A DNA stretch of 28,888 nucleotides from a virus (lineage: Duplodnaviria; Caudoviricetes): IMG/VR virus record IMGVR_UViG_3300030330_000848, positions 1 to 28,888 of that record. One strand, written 5' to 3'. This document shows positions 15,196 to 25,106 of the stretch, piece after piece. A program made the position numbers and the translations under genes. Numbering within the stretch: position 1 is the stretch's first letter; each line of letters starts with the position of its first letter. The notes below the pieces were generated by a model that saw nothing but the letters and a program-made list of their open reading frames with translations, was not told the origin of the DNA and made no database searches.

Positions 15196-15550
15196 TAATT
15201 CAAAAGGCTTAGGTGATTCAATCGAGAAAGCTCTAAAAGCAACAGGAATAGATAAGGTAGCTAAAAAAGTATTAGGTGATGACTGTGGTTGTGAAGAAAG
15301 AAAAAAGACACTAAATGCTATATTCCCTTATTCTAATGTCAGACAGTTTACTGATGATGAGTTGAAGATATACGAAGAAGTATTACCCAGAACTAAACAA
15401 GGCAAAATAAGCGGACAGGACCAAGCTATTATGGTTAAGTTATATAATAAAGTATTTAATGCTAATAAAAAAGCAAGTGGTTGTGGAAGTTGTGTGCAAC
15501 AGACACTAGCACAATTAGCAAAAGTATATGTAAACAGTTGTAAAAAATGA
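15185..15550 (+). CDS. Cys-rich hypothetical protein
   Basis: SKGLGD.IEK...ATGI, DCGC..RK..LN and CGSC motifs. Confidence 0.7.
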   Translation: MKDNNSKGLGDSIEKALKATGIDKVAKKVLGDDCGCEERKKTLNAIFPYSNVRQFTDDELKIYEEVLPRTKQGKISGQDQAIMVKLYNKVFNANKKASGCGSCVQQTLAQLAKVYVNSCKK

Positions 15551-15690
15551 GTCAATTATTTAGATTTTGTTGTAGTTGTCACAGAGAAACATTAGTACAG
15601 GAAGGCAAATGCTATTTTTGCAATGGCAGTTTTATCGTCTATGGTGTTAATGATAGACAAATTAGTCCTGATTATGCAGAAACATACTAG
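15547..15690 (+). CDS. Small zinc-ribbon protein, 47 aa (MSQLFRFCCSCHRE...CYFCNG)
   Basis: Not in ORF track; two CxxC pairs; ATGA coupling. Confidence 0.65.
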   Translation: MSQLFRFCCSCHRETLVQEGKCYFCNGSFIVYGVNDRQISPDYAETY

Positions 15691-15979
15691 AGTGTATCTT
15701 GACTTTTTTGGTTATGACCAAAGCGATACAATATATTGTGAGATGTGTAATGCTGTTGCTGTGGACATACATCATTTAGAGAAAAGAAATAAAACTAAAA
15801 ACGATTTTATAGAAAATTTAATCGGGGTTTGTAGAAGTTGTCATATAAAAGCTGAGAGTGATAGTTGTTTTAATATGTATTGTAGAATAAGACACCTAGA
15901 AAATGTATGTACACAAATTTACGCACTAATAGACATAAATAAGAAATTAGATGAATATAGAGAAAATACAAATAGATAA
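15674..15979 (+). CDS. HNH endonuclease
   Basis: CEMC...DIHH...ENLIGVCRSCH; ATG 15674 (MQKHTRVY) preferred. Confidence 0.85.
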   Translation: MQKHTRVYLDFFGYDQSDTIYCEMCNAVAVDIHHLEKRNKTKNDFIENLIGVCRSCHIKAESDSCFNMYCRIRHLENVCTQIYALIDINKKLDEYRENTNR

Positions 15980-16436
15980 ACTTAAAGCTGCAACGTACAA
16001 TCCAAGACAGATTAGTACAAAGCAATATAAAGATTTAAAAGAATCAATTACTAAGTTTGGATTGGTAGATCCTATAATTGTTAATAAGTGTTTTACCATA
16101 ATAGGAGGACATCAACGCTACAAGATATGCAAGGACTTAGAATATAAAGATATAGGTTGTATAATACTAGACCTTAACAAAGAACAAGAACGAGAATTAA
16201 ATATACGTCTTAACAAGAATACAGGGGACTTTGATATGGATATTCTAGCGAATGAATTTGACATTGACCAGTTAGTAGATTGGGGTTTTAAGCATATTGA
16301 CTTAGATGTTAATATAGATAAGATAGTAGAAGAAGATAATAGTGCTACAATAACTATTAAAGAAAATGATGAAATTAAGGCACAGGAATTGTACAATGAC
16401 CTAAAAAAACAAGGTTATAATGTAAAGATAAAATAA
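15951..16436 (+). CDS. ParB/Srx N-terminal-like domain protein
   Basis: L....YNPR.I, L..SI.KFG.V.PIIVN, IIGGHQR, NI.LNK..G.FD. Confidence 0.88.
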   Translation: MNIEKIQIDKLKAATYNPRQISTKQYKDLKESITKFGLVDPIIVNKCFTIIGGHQRYKICKDLEYKDIGCIILDLNKEQERELNIRLNKNTGDFDMDILANEFDIDQLVDWGFKHIDLDVNIDKIVEEDNSATITIKENDEIKAQELYNDLKKQGYNVKIK

Positions 16437-16441
16437 TACAA

Positions 16442-16789
16442 ATGGCACAGAATAAAAAAGAGAAATTATTAAAAGCGTTACAAGAAACACAAGGACTTAT
16501 ATATCACGCTTGTAAAAAGGCAGGTAATATTAGTAGAAGTACATATTATAGGTATATGCGAGAAGATGAAGAATTTGCAAAAGCTGTAGAAGAAATAAAG
16601 GAAGCACAGATTGATTATGTAGAAGGGGAGTTAATAAAGAATATAGCTAGAGGAAAAGAAACAAGTATTATATTTTACTTGAAGTCAAAAGCTAGGGACA
16701 GAGGATATGCAGAAAAGTTAGATATTACTAGTGGTGGCAAAGCACTAACAGAACTTAAAATTGAAGTTATTGACACAGGCAAAGATTAA
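16442..16789 (+). CDS. terS: Terminase small subunit
   Basis: HTH (ACKKAGNISRSTYY), IIFYLK....RGY.E; directly upstream of terL. Confidence 0.8.
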   Translation: MAQNKKEKLLKALQETQGLIYHACKKAGNISRSTYYRYMREDEEFAKAVEEIKEAQIDYVEGELIKNIARGKETSIIFYLKSKARDRGYAEKLDITSGGKALTELKIEVIDTGKD

Positions 16790-17927
16790 GACAACAAATG
16801 TATTTCACAAGGCGTATGCGTCTAAAACTAGAATCACGTGTCTACAGGGGGGTACGCGTTCTAGCAAGACGTATTCGCTTTGTCAATTGTTTATAGTTAA
16901 ATGCTTAGAAGAAACAGGTAAAATATTTACTATATGTAGAAAGACACTCCCTGCTCTTAAAGGCACAGCATATCGTGACGTTTTAAATATCTTAAAAGAA
17001 CTAGAATTATATTCAGAAGAAAATCACAATAAATCAGAATTATCATACACCCTCAACGGCAACTTAATAGAATTTATTTCAGTGGACCAGCCAGTCAAGA
17101 TACGTGGACGTAAAAGAAACTATTTATGGTGTAATGAAGCAAATGAATTTAATTATGAAGATTGGCAACAGTTAATACTTAGAACAACAGAAAAGATATA
17201 CTTAGATTATAACCCTTCAGATCCTTATTCTTGGATATATGAAAAGGTACACACTAGGGACGATTGCACATTCTTGCAATCTACATATAGAGCCAATCCA
17301 TTTTTAGATGAAGATACAATAGCTGAGATTGAAAGATTAAAAGACATAGACCCTGACTATTGGCGTGTGTATGGATTAGGAGAAATAGGAACAGTGCAGA
17401 CAATGATATTTAGAAACTTTCAACTTGTTGATGACGTACAAGGGCGTTTAGTTGGTTATGGATTAGACTTTGGCTTTACTAATTCACCTACAGCATTAGT
17501 AGAAGTTAGACAATTAGATGACAGCTTATATATTAGAGAATTGCTTTATGAAAAGCGTTTAACAAATACTGACTTAGCAAATAAGCTACGTGAATTTGGT
17601 ATTGATAGAACAGCAGAAATAGTGGGTGATTCAGCTGAGCCAAAATCAATAGAAGAAATATATCGTCAAGGCTTTAATATAAAACCTGCTAAGAAAGGTG
17701 CGGGTATACATTTAGGTATTGATATAATGCGTAGATACAAACTTAACATCACTAAGGATAGCTTAAACGCAATCAAAGAATTTAGAAGCTATAAATGGGC
17801 TACAGATAAAAATGGTGATGTATTAAACACCCCCGTAAAAGTAAATGACCACTTAGTAGATGCAGTACGTTATCTGTGTTTAAATAAGCTATCAATTAAT
17901 CATAGTGGCAAATATTATATATTGTAA
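16761..17927 (+). CDS. terL: Terminase large subunit (PBSX/SPP1-like)
   Basis: Walker A GGTRSSKT, Walker B YLWCNEA, DYNP, nuclease GLDFG, DSAEP, DHLVDAVRY; TTG start at 16761 or 16770. Confidence 0.95.
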   Translation: MKLLTQAKIKTTNVFHKAYASKTRITCLQGGTRSSKTYSLCQLFIVKCLEETGKIFTICRKTLPALKGTAYRDVLNILKELELYSEENHNKSELSYTLNGNLIEFISVDQPVKIRGRKRNYLWCNEANEFNYEDWQQLILRTTEKIYLDYNPSDPYSWIYEKVHTRDDCTFLQSTYRANPFLDEDTIAEIERLKDIDPDYWRVYGLGEIGTVQTMIFRNFQLVDDVQGRLVGYGLDFGFTNSPTALVEVRQLDDSLYIRELLYEKRLTNTDLANKLREFGIDRTAEIVGDSAEPKSIEEIYRQGFNIKPAKKGAGIHLGIDIMRRYKLNITKDSLNAIKEFRSYKWATDKNGDVLNTPVKVNDHLVDAVRYLCLNKLSINHSGKYYIL

Positions 17928-17928
17928 A

Positions 17929-17955
17929 AAACAAATATTAACATTTTATATTTAT
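17929..17955 (+). promoter_or_regulatory. Candidate late promoter, copy 2
   Basis: AAACAA-ATATTAACAT-TTTATATTTAT, 5 nt before ATG 17961. Confidence 0.75.
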
Positions 17956-17960
17956 TAGTA

Positions 17961-18542
17961 ATGAAAGAGATTAAATTGACAATCCCTGATAATTGGAAAG
18001 ACATAACTATTGGAACATATCAAAAGTATGTCAAGATTCAGGAAGGCAAAGGAACAGACAAAACAAAGGTTGTAAAGAGTTTAGCGTTGTTATGTAACAC
18101 CACACCCACAATAGTAAAAAAAATGGCTTACACCGACTTATTGAGCATAATGGACATAATTAAAAAGATGATTGATACAGAGCCTACAGAACAAGATTTT
18201 AAAAAGCTGTTTACATTTAAAGGTGAAGAATATGGATTTTGTCCAAACCTTAGCAAACTTACTACAGGTGAGTATATTGATTTAGAAGCATATTGCAAAG
18301 ACCCTATAGAGAATCTACATATTATTATGTCAATACTTTATAGACGTGTTACAAATAAGGTTAATGATAGATACGCTGTAGAATCTTATGATCCTGAAGA
18401 ATTTAAAGAAGAATTATTCAAGGATTGTCCAATGAATATAGCATTAAGCAGCTTGGGTTTTTTTTTGACTTTAGGAGAAAGATTGGCGAAGATTTCGCAC
18501 CGTTATTTGGAAGTTCATCACACGACACAGCAAAAGGTGTAA
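17961..18542 (+). CDS. Putative tail assembly chaperone (gpG-like)
   Basis: IP.NW.DIT and T.GEYIDLE motifs; slippery G GGT TTT TTT near the 3' end. Confidence 0.65.
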   Translation: MKEIKLTIPDNWKDITIGTYQKYVKIQEGKGTDKTKVVKSLALLCNTTPTIVKKMAYTDLLSIMDIIKKMIDTEPTEQDFKKLFTFKGEEYGFCPNLSKLTTGEYIDLEAYCKDPIENLHIIMSILYRRVTNKVNDRYAVESYDPEEFKEELFKDCPMNIALSSLGFFLTLGERLAKISHRYLEVHHTTQQKV

Positions 18543-18706
18543 CAATGCAAAGCAAATGGGGTTGGTATAATGTTTTGTATAGCTTATCCAATTCAATCTT
18601 AGACATTGAGAAAATAACTAGATTGCCCATATTAGAGGTACTAACATACTTGGCGTATAGTCAAGATTATAATAATAAACAACGTAGCAACTATGATAAC
18701 TTTTAG
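18455..18706 (+). CDS. -1 frameshift extension (gpT-like) of the chaperone
   Basis: Overlapping ORF in the -1 frame spans the slippery site; KWGWY motif. Confidence 0.65.
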   Translation, partial: GFFFDFRRKIGEDFAPLFGSSSHDTAKGVTMQSKWGWYNVLYSLSNSILDIEKITRLPILEVLTYLAYSQDYNNKQRSNYDNF

Positions 18707-19184
18707 AAACGTAGTCGGATTTTTAGAAACAATAGCAACAAAGCATTATGAAATAAATAGCTTTCATTCAGGTTTGCTAGATGAGGTAGACATCAATAAA
18801 CTTGGTGCTACTGATTATACTATTCTATATGCAGAACCAGGAAGTGCTACAGTAAATCAAGGTGTTATGACATATTCTTTTACTTTATATGTTATGGATA
18901 TGGTCAATGATGAAGTTGGTGATGCACCTAATAAACAAAGATTAGGACGTGTAGATACTTATTCAGAAACATTACAAATATTAAATGATGTAATAGCAGA
19001 ATTTAAACACAGCCTTACAACTCAATCTTGGGTAGATGATCAAGTAGTATTGCAATTACCTATAACGTGTGAGCCATTTACTACTAGATTTAATAACCTT
19101 TTAACAGGTTGGAGTGCTACAATAAATGTAGATGTAAATAATAAAAACAACTTGTGCATAGCACCAATAATAGCTAACACGTAA
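18693..19184 (+). CDS. Putative tail terminator
   Basis: 163 aa, size, strand pattern (YSFTLYVMD, GWSATINV) and position. Confidence 0.5.
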   Translation: MITFRNVVGFLETIATKHYEINSFHSGLLDEVDINKLGATDYTILYAEPGSATVNQGVMTYSFTLYVMDMVNDEVGDAPNKQRLGRVDTYSETLQILNDVIAEFKHSLTTQSWVDDQVVLQLPITCEPFTTRFNNLLTGWSATINVDVNNKNNLCIAPIIANT

Positions 19185-19714
19185 TGCAGTATAAAAACAC
19201 CATACAAGCACTTCAGAAACTTGGCAATAATGTTGTTAAGGAAGGACGTGGTATTTTAAAGAAAAACAAAAAGGGCAGTGGTAACTTATATAATGACTTT
19301 GATTATCTAGTTACTAAACAACAAGATTCTGTAACATTAGAATTTGAGTTTGGACGTGCTGAGGATTATTGGCAATTTGTAGATGAAGGTGTAAAAGGAG
19401 TAGGTGGTTTTAAAGGATCAGGACGTGCTAGAGGACAAGGAAGTCCGTTTAAGTATTCTAGCAAGATGCCACCAAGAACACCCCTAATAAAATGGATAAA
19501 ATCTAAAGGATTAAAAGGTAGAGATGCAAAGGGAAGATTTATTTCAAATAATAGTTTTGGCTTTTTAATACAGCGTTCTATATTTCAAAGAGGATTAACA
19601 CGTACACAATTTTTTAGCAAACCATTTACAGAACAATTTAATAAACAAACTGATAACATAACTAAAGCATTCGCAGATGATTTAGAAATAGCTTTAGAGC
19701 AAATACAAATATAA
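19184..19714 (+). CDS. Putative tail completion/neck protein (HK97 gp10-like)
   Basis: SG.L, YWQFVDEG, PP...L..WI..KG, I...G.....FF motifs. Confidence 0.6.
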   Translation: MQYKNTIQALQKLGNNVVKEGRGILKKNKKGSGNLYNDFDYLVTKQQDSVTLEFEFGRAEDYWQFVDEGVKGVGGFKGSGRARGQGSPFKYSSKMPPRTPLIKWIKSKGLKGRDAKGRFISNNSFGFLIQRSIFQRGLTRTQFFSKPFTEQFNKQTDNITKAFADDLEIALEQIQI

Positions 19715-19719
19715 AATAT

Positions 19720-21270
19720 ATGTCTACAAATAATTTAAGTATCGTACAAAGTCCCGTAAATGCAGCAGACAAAGTGCCTGTTATAACTAATTGGAATCCA
19801 ATGATTGGATTTATGATTTATAAAGATGAAAATATTTCTTCACTTTTTTTCTATAAAATAGGTTTAAAAGTATATTTAGGTACTAACGCCGCAGGAACTT
19901 TATTAGCTATGTATAAGCAAAGGAGAAATGGTTATAGTGTAGATGTTGCAGCAGGTAAGGCACGAGCATTTTTTGACATTAGAGATGTGGTAAATACACA
20001 AATAGGAGACACAGTATTTGACCAAAATTTAGACGGTATTCCATTTAGCACAATACATAAACTAGGCGCTAATACGTATGAAAGTGGTGGTTCTGTAGCA
20101 TACAGAATTTTCAGCTTAAATGGTGATAGAAATACATCACAAACTCAAATTGTACAAATACACGTTTTAGCCTTTGATTGTTATGCAACAAGTACAGCCA
20201 GTGCTGTTACCTGTTATTCTCCTTCAACTAATGTTAGTAACACTTCTTTTTATATGCAGGGTGCTTTAAATTTATTTCAAGCACGTAGCACTACAGCAGC
20301 AGGTGGTGTAGACACTGATTACATACAGGGTGTTGCTATGCAACTATATTGTCTTAATGGTTCTAGTAAATTGTTTTTATCTGATGTTGAAGCATCTAGC
20401 TATGTTGATCCTTTAGGGATTGGTACTAGATTAAACTATGTCTATTGGGATCCAGATTCAGAAGTTGGTGATTATCATACTGTAGCTTTTTTAAATGGTG
20501 AAACAGATTTTGACAGTAAACCTGTAAAAATGGAAATCAAATACTATAATAGTTCTGATTCTGTATTAAGCACTAGCTATATAGTAAATGAAGCAGCTAT
20601 TGGTGGTGCTAAACCTCTGACAACAGGAACAGAAGTAGATGAAAATAGAGAAAGAATAATATATTTTGGATCTGGTCCTGGCAATCTTAATGGCTTTACA
20701 GATAGTGCTAATTTTAACAGCACCACACACAAGCCTTCAAACGCAAATAATTTAGGTTGGTCTTATTATACTATTAAAGCTGTAGATGATAGCAATAATG
20801 CTACATCAGCTTTATATGCTTTTAAAAAAATGGATAAAAGTTGTAAAGGATATACTATGCGTAGATTAGCTTGGAGAAATAGCAAGGGTGCTTATGACTA
20901 TTTAAATTTTGAATTAAAATCTACTGATACAATTGATATTACTAGAAACAAATACGAAAAGTTAATAGGTATATTTAACAAATCAAAATACCGCTATAGT
21001 AATTGGGATAAAGGTCAAGCAGTTAGAGAAACTAGTGCAATTAGAAAAGAAACTTTAAATACAGGTTATTTAGATGCTGAACAAGCAAGCCTTGTTAAGG
21101 AGTGTCTTTTAAGTACAGACGTGTATGTTGTTCAAAATGTAAATACAGGAATTACACAATCAGTAATAGTGACTGACAGTAGTTATGTTAAAAAAACAGT
21201 TGCTAACGACAAACTAATTCAATATACAGTTAATATTGAGTATTCTAATAATGTAAACACAAACTCATAA
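19720..21270 (+). CDS. Tail/baseplate structural protein
   Basis: 516 aa; C-terminal W.NS.GAYDY..F and LNTGYL...L.S..VY motifs seen in Bacteroidota phage tail proteins. Confidence 0.6.
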   Translation: MSTNNLSIVQSPVNAADKVPVITNWNPMIGFMIYKDENISSLFFYKIGLKVYLGTNAAGTLLAMYKQRRNGYSVDVAAGKARAFFDIRDVVNTQIGDTVFDQNLDGIPFSTIHKLGANTYESGGSVAYRIFSLNGDRNTSQTQIVQIHVLAFDCYATSTASAVTCYSPSTNVSNTSFYMQGALNLFQARSTTAAGGVDTDYIQGVAMQLYCLNGSSKLFLSDVEASSYVDPLGIGTRLNYVYWDPDSEVGDYHTVAFLNGETDFDSKPVKMEIKYYNSSDSVLSTSYIVNEAAIGGAKPLTTGTEVDENRERIIYFGSGPGNLNGFTDSANFNSTTHKPSNANNLGWSYYTIKAVDDSNNATSALYAFKKMDKSCKGYTMRRLAWRNSKGAYDYLNFELKSTDTIDITRNKYEKLIGIFNKSKYRYSNWDKGQAVRETSAIRKETLNTGYLDAEQASLVKECLLSTDVYVVQNVNTGITQSVIVTDSSYVKKTVANDKLIQYTVNIEYSNNVNTNS

Positions 21271-24200
21271 TGAAAGTTAGATTAGTAGCGTATCGAAAAG
21301 TACCAACCCTTGTACCAGGAGTAGTAACTAGTGCTGTTGATATAGTAGCAGGTACTACAGTTCAAATAAACTTAAGTTTTACTTCAGGAGATGCGACTGA
21401 CTATTATCAAACAGGTCAAAAAATTTATACTCCTTATCCAAGTAGTGTAAACTCTGGGACTCCTTTGGGTGAAATTTATGAAGTGGCAGCAGGTTATATT
21501 AATGTGACTTGTAGCCAACCTATTGGAAGTTTTACTTTACTAATTGGATCTTCTTTGCAAATAGACAGGGAATTTACATTTGACTTAGATTTACAAGACA
21601 ATCCTAATGTAAGTTTGAACTTTCAATTCTCAGACATTAAAGAACCTGAGTCACGAAAAGCAAGTTATTCCCAAACTTTTAAATTGCCCTTTACAGATGC
21701 TAATAACGATTTTTTTCAAAATTGGTATAATGTTAATCTGGAAACTTTGGCTTTCAATACACAAAAAGCATTTGATGCTGTTTTATATGTTGGGACTGTG
21801 CCACAATTTGAAGGTGTTATACAGCTTAAGTCAGTTTATTTAAAAGCAGGATTGTATGAGGTGGTGTTATTGTCTAATGGTGTTAATTTATTTAATATAA
21901 TTGGAAATCAAAAAATTATAGATGCTTGGACTTATGAAGAAAAAAAAGCCTGGCAGTTTAACTACACTTATGAAAATATAGGTTATTCTTGGGACGGGGG
22001 AACAACACTATTCCAAAACTTAGATGGAGTTTCATTTAGAGATGCAGATGCTAATGTGCAAAAGGTTATGTTTCCAATGCAAGTAAATCATAACATAGAT
22101 GGGGGAAATAGCTTTATTTATACTGATCCAAGTGATGATGATGAAAAGAATTTTTTGCGAATGGATCAAACTGAAATAACAGCAAAAACAAATGCAGGTT
22201 ATGATGCGCAAAATTATATGACTCCAATTTATCAATTTAAACCTGCCATACAAGTTAGGTCAGTATTAAAACAGATATTTTTTAAAAGTGGTTATAGTTA
22301 TGTGTCTGATTTTTTAGATTCAGATTATTTTGGTCGGTTATTTATGACAACTTGCAACCATACAGGCAAACCAAGTTGCGAAGTTTTAATGACTCCAGGT
22401 ATGGTGTCAGGTCAAGCTATTGCAGGATCAAATACTCAAACAGCTACAGTTACAGTTCCCCCAAATTACAGTATTGATTGTGTTACTAATTTAGTTGAAA
22501 CAGCAGGTTCTCCATCAACAACTTACGCAAACCTATTAGAAGAACCTGTTTTATTAACAATAAACCAAACTACACCGATTAATCCTGGTGATCCTTTTCC
22601 AATAGACACTAATGGACTTTGGGACACTACACTTAATGCTTTTCTTAAAACAGATTGGAATATGACTTCTGTCAATGTAGGGATCAATTTAACTACTTTT
22701 AACATTAAATCTTGTTGGGTTGGTATAGCGGGTAGTGTTGTTGTTATATATGGTGTGCCAACAACAGCAACAGGTGTAGAAGATTGGTCTAATGCAAATG
22801 AAGTTAATGATTCAGCGCCGTGGGGAATTACTCAAGCAGACAATTATCACAATGTAAATGTAGATGTTCCTATTGATAATATTCCTTTAAATTCATACGT
22901 GAGATTTTATGTTAAAATAAAGCACGTAATGAAAAATAACAATTCTGTTGATGGTGTTTTAAATTGGGGTGCTACAGATGTTTGGTCAGGGACAGTAGGC
23001 TTAAAGAGTAAATTAACAGTTGAATGGGATGGTTTTGGTGATAATGTTTATGATAAAGTAGTAGATACTATTAATGGTATTGATCCTTCATTAACGCAAA
23101 AGGCTTTCTTAAAAGACCTTATACAAAGATTTAATTTAGTAATTATTCCTGATAATGACAATCCCACAATTTTAAGAATTGAGCCTTATAATGATTTTAT
23201 TAGTGGTGGTGAACAAAAATTTTGGTCTGATAAATTAGATACTTCAAAAGAAATTATTGTTAAAGACACGACATCACTTCAAAAAGCTGTTGTTAATTTG
23301 ACAGATGCAGAAGATGAGGATTTGATGAATAAAACGATAAAAGAAAATGCACCTGATTTAAATGTGTTTGGAAATATTAACAGCAGAAATACAAATAATA
23401 ATTTTGCACAGGGGGAATTAAAATATCAATCTATATTTTCACCCTATATAAATCAACAAGTGTTTAGCGACAATAGTGAGCCTTTAGAAACTTATATTCC
23501 TAGAATGGTTGTTCAATATGAGTTTACTTATGAAATGGACGGAGAAACTGCTGTTAATTCTTCTACAAAAACTAAACCTAAATTATATTATTATAGTGGT
23601 TCAAAAACTTCATTGACAGATGCAGGTGATCAATACTATCTACATAGCATATCTACTGCTTATGGTGGTGTTACAGCGCATGGATTTAATGACTTTCCAT
23701 TATGCAGTCCATATGAATTAACTGCTGCAGGAACTAATGAAGCAACCATAGCTGTAAACACCAAGTCCTTATATTGGAGTCAGCAACCGCCCCCCGCAGG
23801 AATAAGTCCTGTTTTTAATTCTGATCCTGACCTTAATTACTTAGCTGCTAATAGTTTATACTACGCTTATTGGTTAGAATTTTTTAATTTAATATATAAT
23901 AAAAACACTAAGATTGTAGAGTGCCATTTAGATTTAAATGAAGTAGATATATTTAATTTTAGTTTTGCTGATGAAATTTTTATAAAAGATAAGTATTATA
24001 GAATTTTAAATATAAGCAATTATCAAGTGGGTGCTAAAGCTAGTACAAAGGTTACAATGATAACTCAAGAAGATAGTTTTACAGGGACTTGCATGGATTG
24101 TAATTATGTTCTAGGAACTACAACCTATAGTAATGGCACAACAACTAATGTCTTTGGTGGTCGATTTATTTGGTGTCCTGACACTGATCCTAATTGTACA

Positions 24201-25106
24201 CCTTATTTAGAACTTAACACGGACGGAAGTTCATTTATTGGAACACAAACATCACCAGAGTGTTGTGAATGTCAAGGTGGTGGATTCATCCCTGTTCCAC
24301 CCGATTTAGTTGTAAGTGGGGAAACGTATTTTAGTCAATGGACTCCAGGAAATGGTGTATGTTTAGCTAATGTTGGGAGTTTGCCAATACAATTTTCTAA
24401 CATATATCGAGTGAGAAATATAGTAAATCAACCAGGAGTTAGAAATTATATTAGCTTGGTGCTTGGTGGATATGCTAAATCACTTAGTACAGGAACAGAC
24501 AGAAATAAATTTTCTTATAATATTCTTCCTGAATTTGGAGATGATGTGAAAATAAAATATAACGCCAAAAAAGGAAATATAGGTGCAATAAGAGGTGAAA
24601 GTCACAGAATGGTATTGTTAGGAAAAAGTATAGGAAACACAAAAAATTATGCTTATCCTAATGGTGATCAATCTACAAAACCTCTTTTAATACCTTCCAA
24701 TAGTATTACTAATATCAGAGTAAAAGCAATTTCCACTGTTGTAGGTGGGACAAGTACGCAATACCCTCTTGGCTCTACAGAAGCCATTGCATATTATACA
24801 GCTTTTAAATATGTATCAGGTGTAGGTATAGTTCAATTAGGTACAGCAAACGGAACTCCTGAATATTCACTTAAAGAAAGTGGTGCTATTAGCTCTTGTA
24901 CACTAGAAATAGACACATTTGAGGGGGCAGTTAGATTTGGAATAAAAGATGCAAGTTTAGATACTATAAGAGTTTGGCAATTAACAGCAGATTATGATGT
25001 TAATTTAGTTCCTAATGTAGAATTTAGAATAGACCAAAATGATGCTCAATATCAGAATTATGATTTTATACAATTTCAAAATTTAAAAAGATTACAATGG
25101 AATTAA
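21270..25106 (+). CDS. Large tail tip/hub protein
   Basis: 1278 aa; LDL...DI...SYSQTF.LP N-terminal motif, FLKDLIQRFNL, L.IEPY..F, D.IFI...Y.I..I.NY. Confidence 0.7.
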   Translation: MKVRLVAYRKVPTLVPGVVTSAVDIVAGTTVQINLSFTSGDATDYYQTGQKIYTPYPSSVNSGTPLGEIYEVAAGYINVTCSQPIGSFTLLIGSSLQIDREFTFDLDLQDNPNVSLNFQFSDIKEPESRKASYSQTFKLPFTDANNDFFQNWYNVNLETLAFNTQKAFDAVLYVGTVPQFEGVIQLKSVYLKAGLYEVVLLSNGVNLFNIIGNQKIIDAWTYEEKKAWQFNYTYENIGYSWDGGTTLFQNLDGVSFRDADANVQKVMFPMQVNHNIDGGNSFIYTDPSDDDEKNFLRMDQTEITAKTNAGYDAQNYMTPIYQFKPAIQVRSVLKQIFFKSGYSYVSDFLDSDYFGRLFMTTCNHTGKPSCEVLMTPGMVSGQAIAGSNTQTATVTVPPNYSIDCVTNLVETAGSPSTTYANLLEEPVLLTINQTTPINPGDPFPIDTNGLWDTTLNAFLKTDWNMTSVNVGINLTTFNIKSCWVGIAGSVVVIYGVPTTATGVEDWSNANEVNDSAPWGITQADNYHNVNVDVPIDNIPLNSYVRFYVKIKHVMKNNNSVDGVLNWGATDVWSGTVGLKSKLTVEWDGFGDNVYDKVVDTINGIDPSLTQKAFLKDLIQRFNLVIIPDNDNPTILRIEPYNDFISGGEQKFWSDKLDTSKEIIVKDTTSLQKAVVNLTDAEDEDLMNKTIKENAPDLNVFGNINSRNTNNNFAQGELKYQSIFSPYINQQVFSDNSEPLETYIPRMVVQYEFTYEMDGETAVNSSTKTKPKLYYYSGSKTSLTDAGDQYYLHSISTAYGGVTAHGFNDFPLCSPYELTAAGTNEATIAVNTKSLYWSQQPPPAGISPVFNSDPDLNYLAANSLYYAYWLEFFNLIYNKNTKIVECHLDLNEVDIFNFSFADEIFIKDKYYRILNISNYQVGAKASTKVTMITQEDSFTGTCMDCNYVLGTTTYSNGTTTNVFGGRFIWCPDTDPNCTPYLELNTDGSSFIGTQTSPECCECQGGGFIPVPPDLVVSGETYFSQWTPGNGVCLANVGSLPIQFSNIYRVRNIVNQPGVRNYISLVLGGYAKSLSTGTDRNKFSYNILPEFGDDVKIKYNAKKGNIGAIRGESHRMVLLGKSIGNTKNYAYPNGDQSTKPLLIPSNSITNIRVKAISTVVGGTSTQYPLGSTEAIAYYTAFKYVSGVGIVQLGTANGTPEYSLKESGAISSCTLEIDTFEGAVRFGIKDASLDTIRVWQLTADYDVNLVPNVEFRIDQNDAQYQNYDFIQFQNLKRLQWN

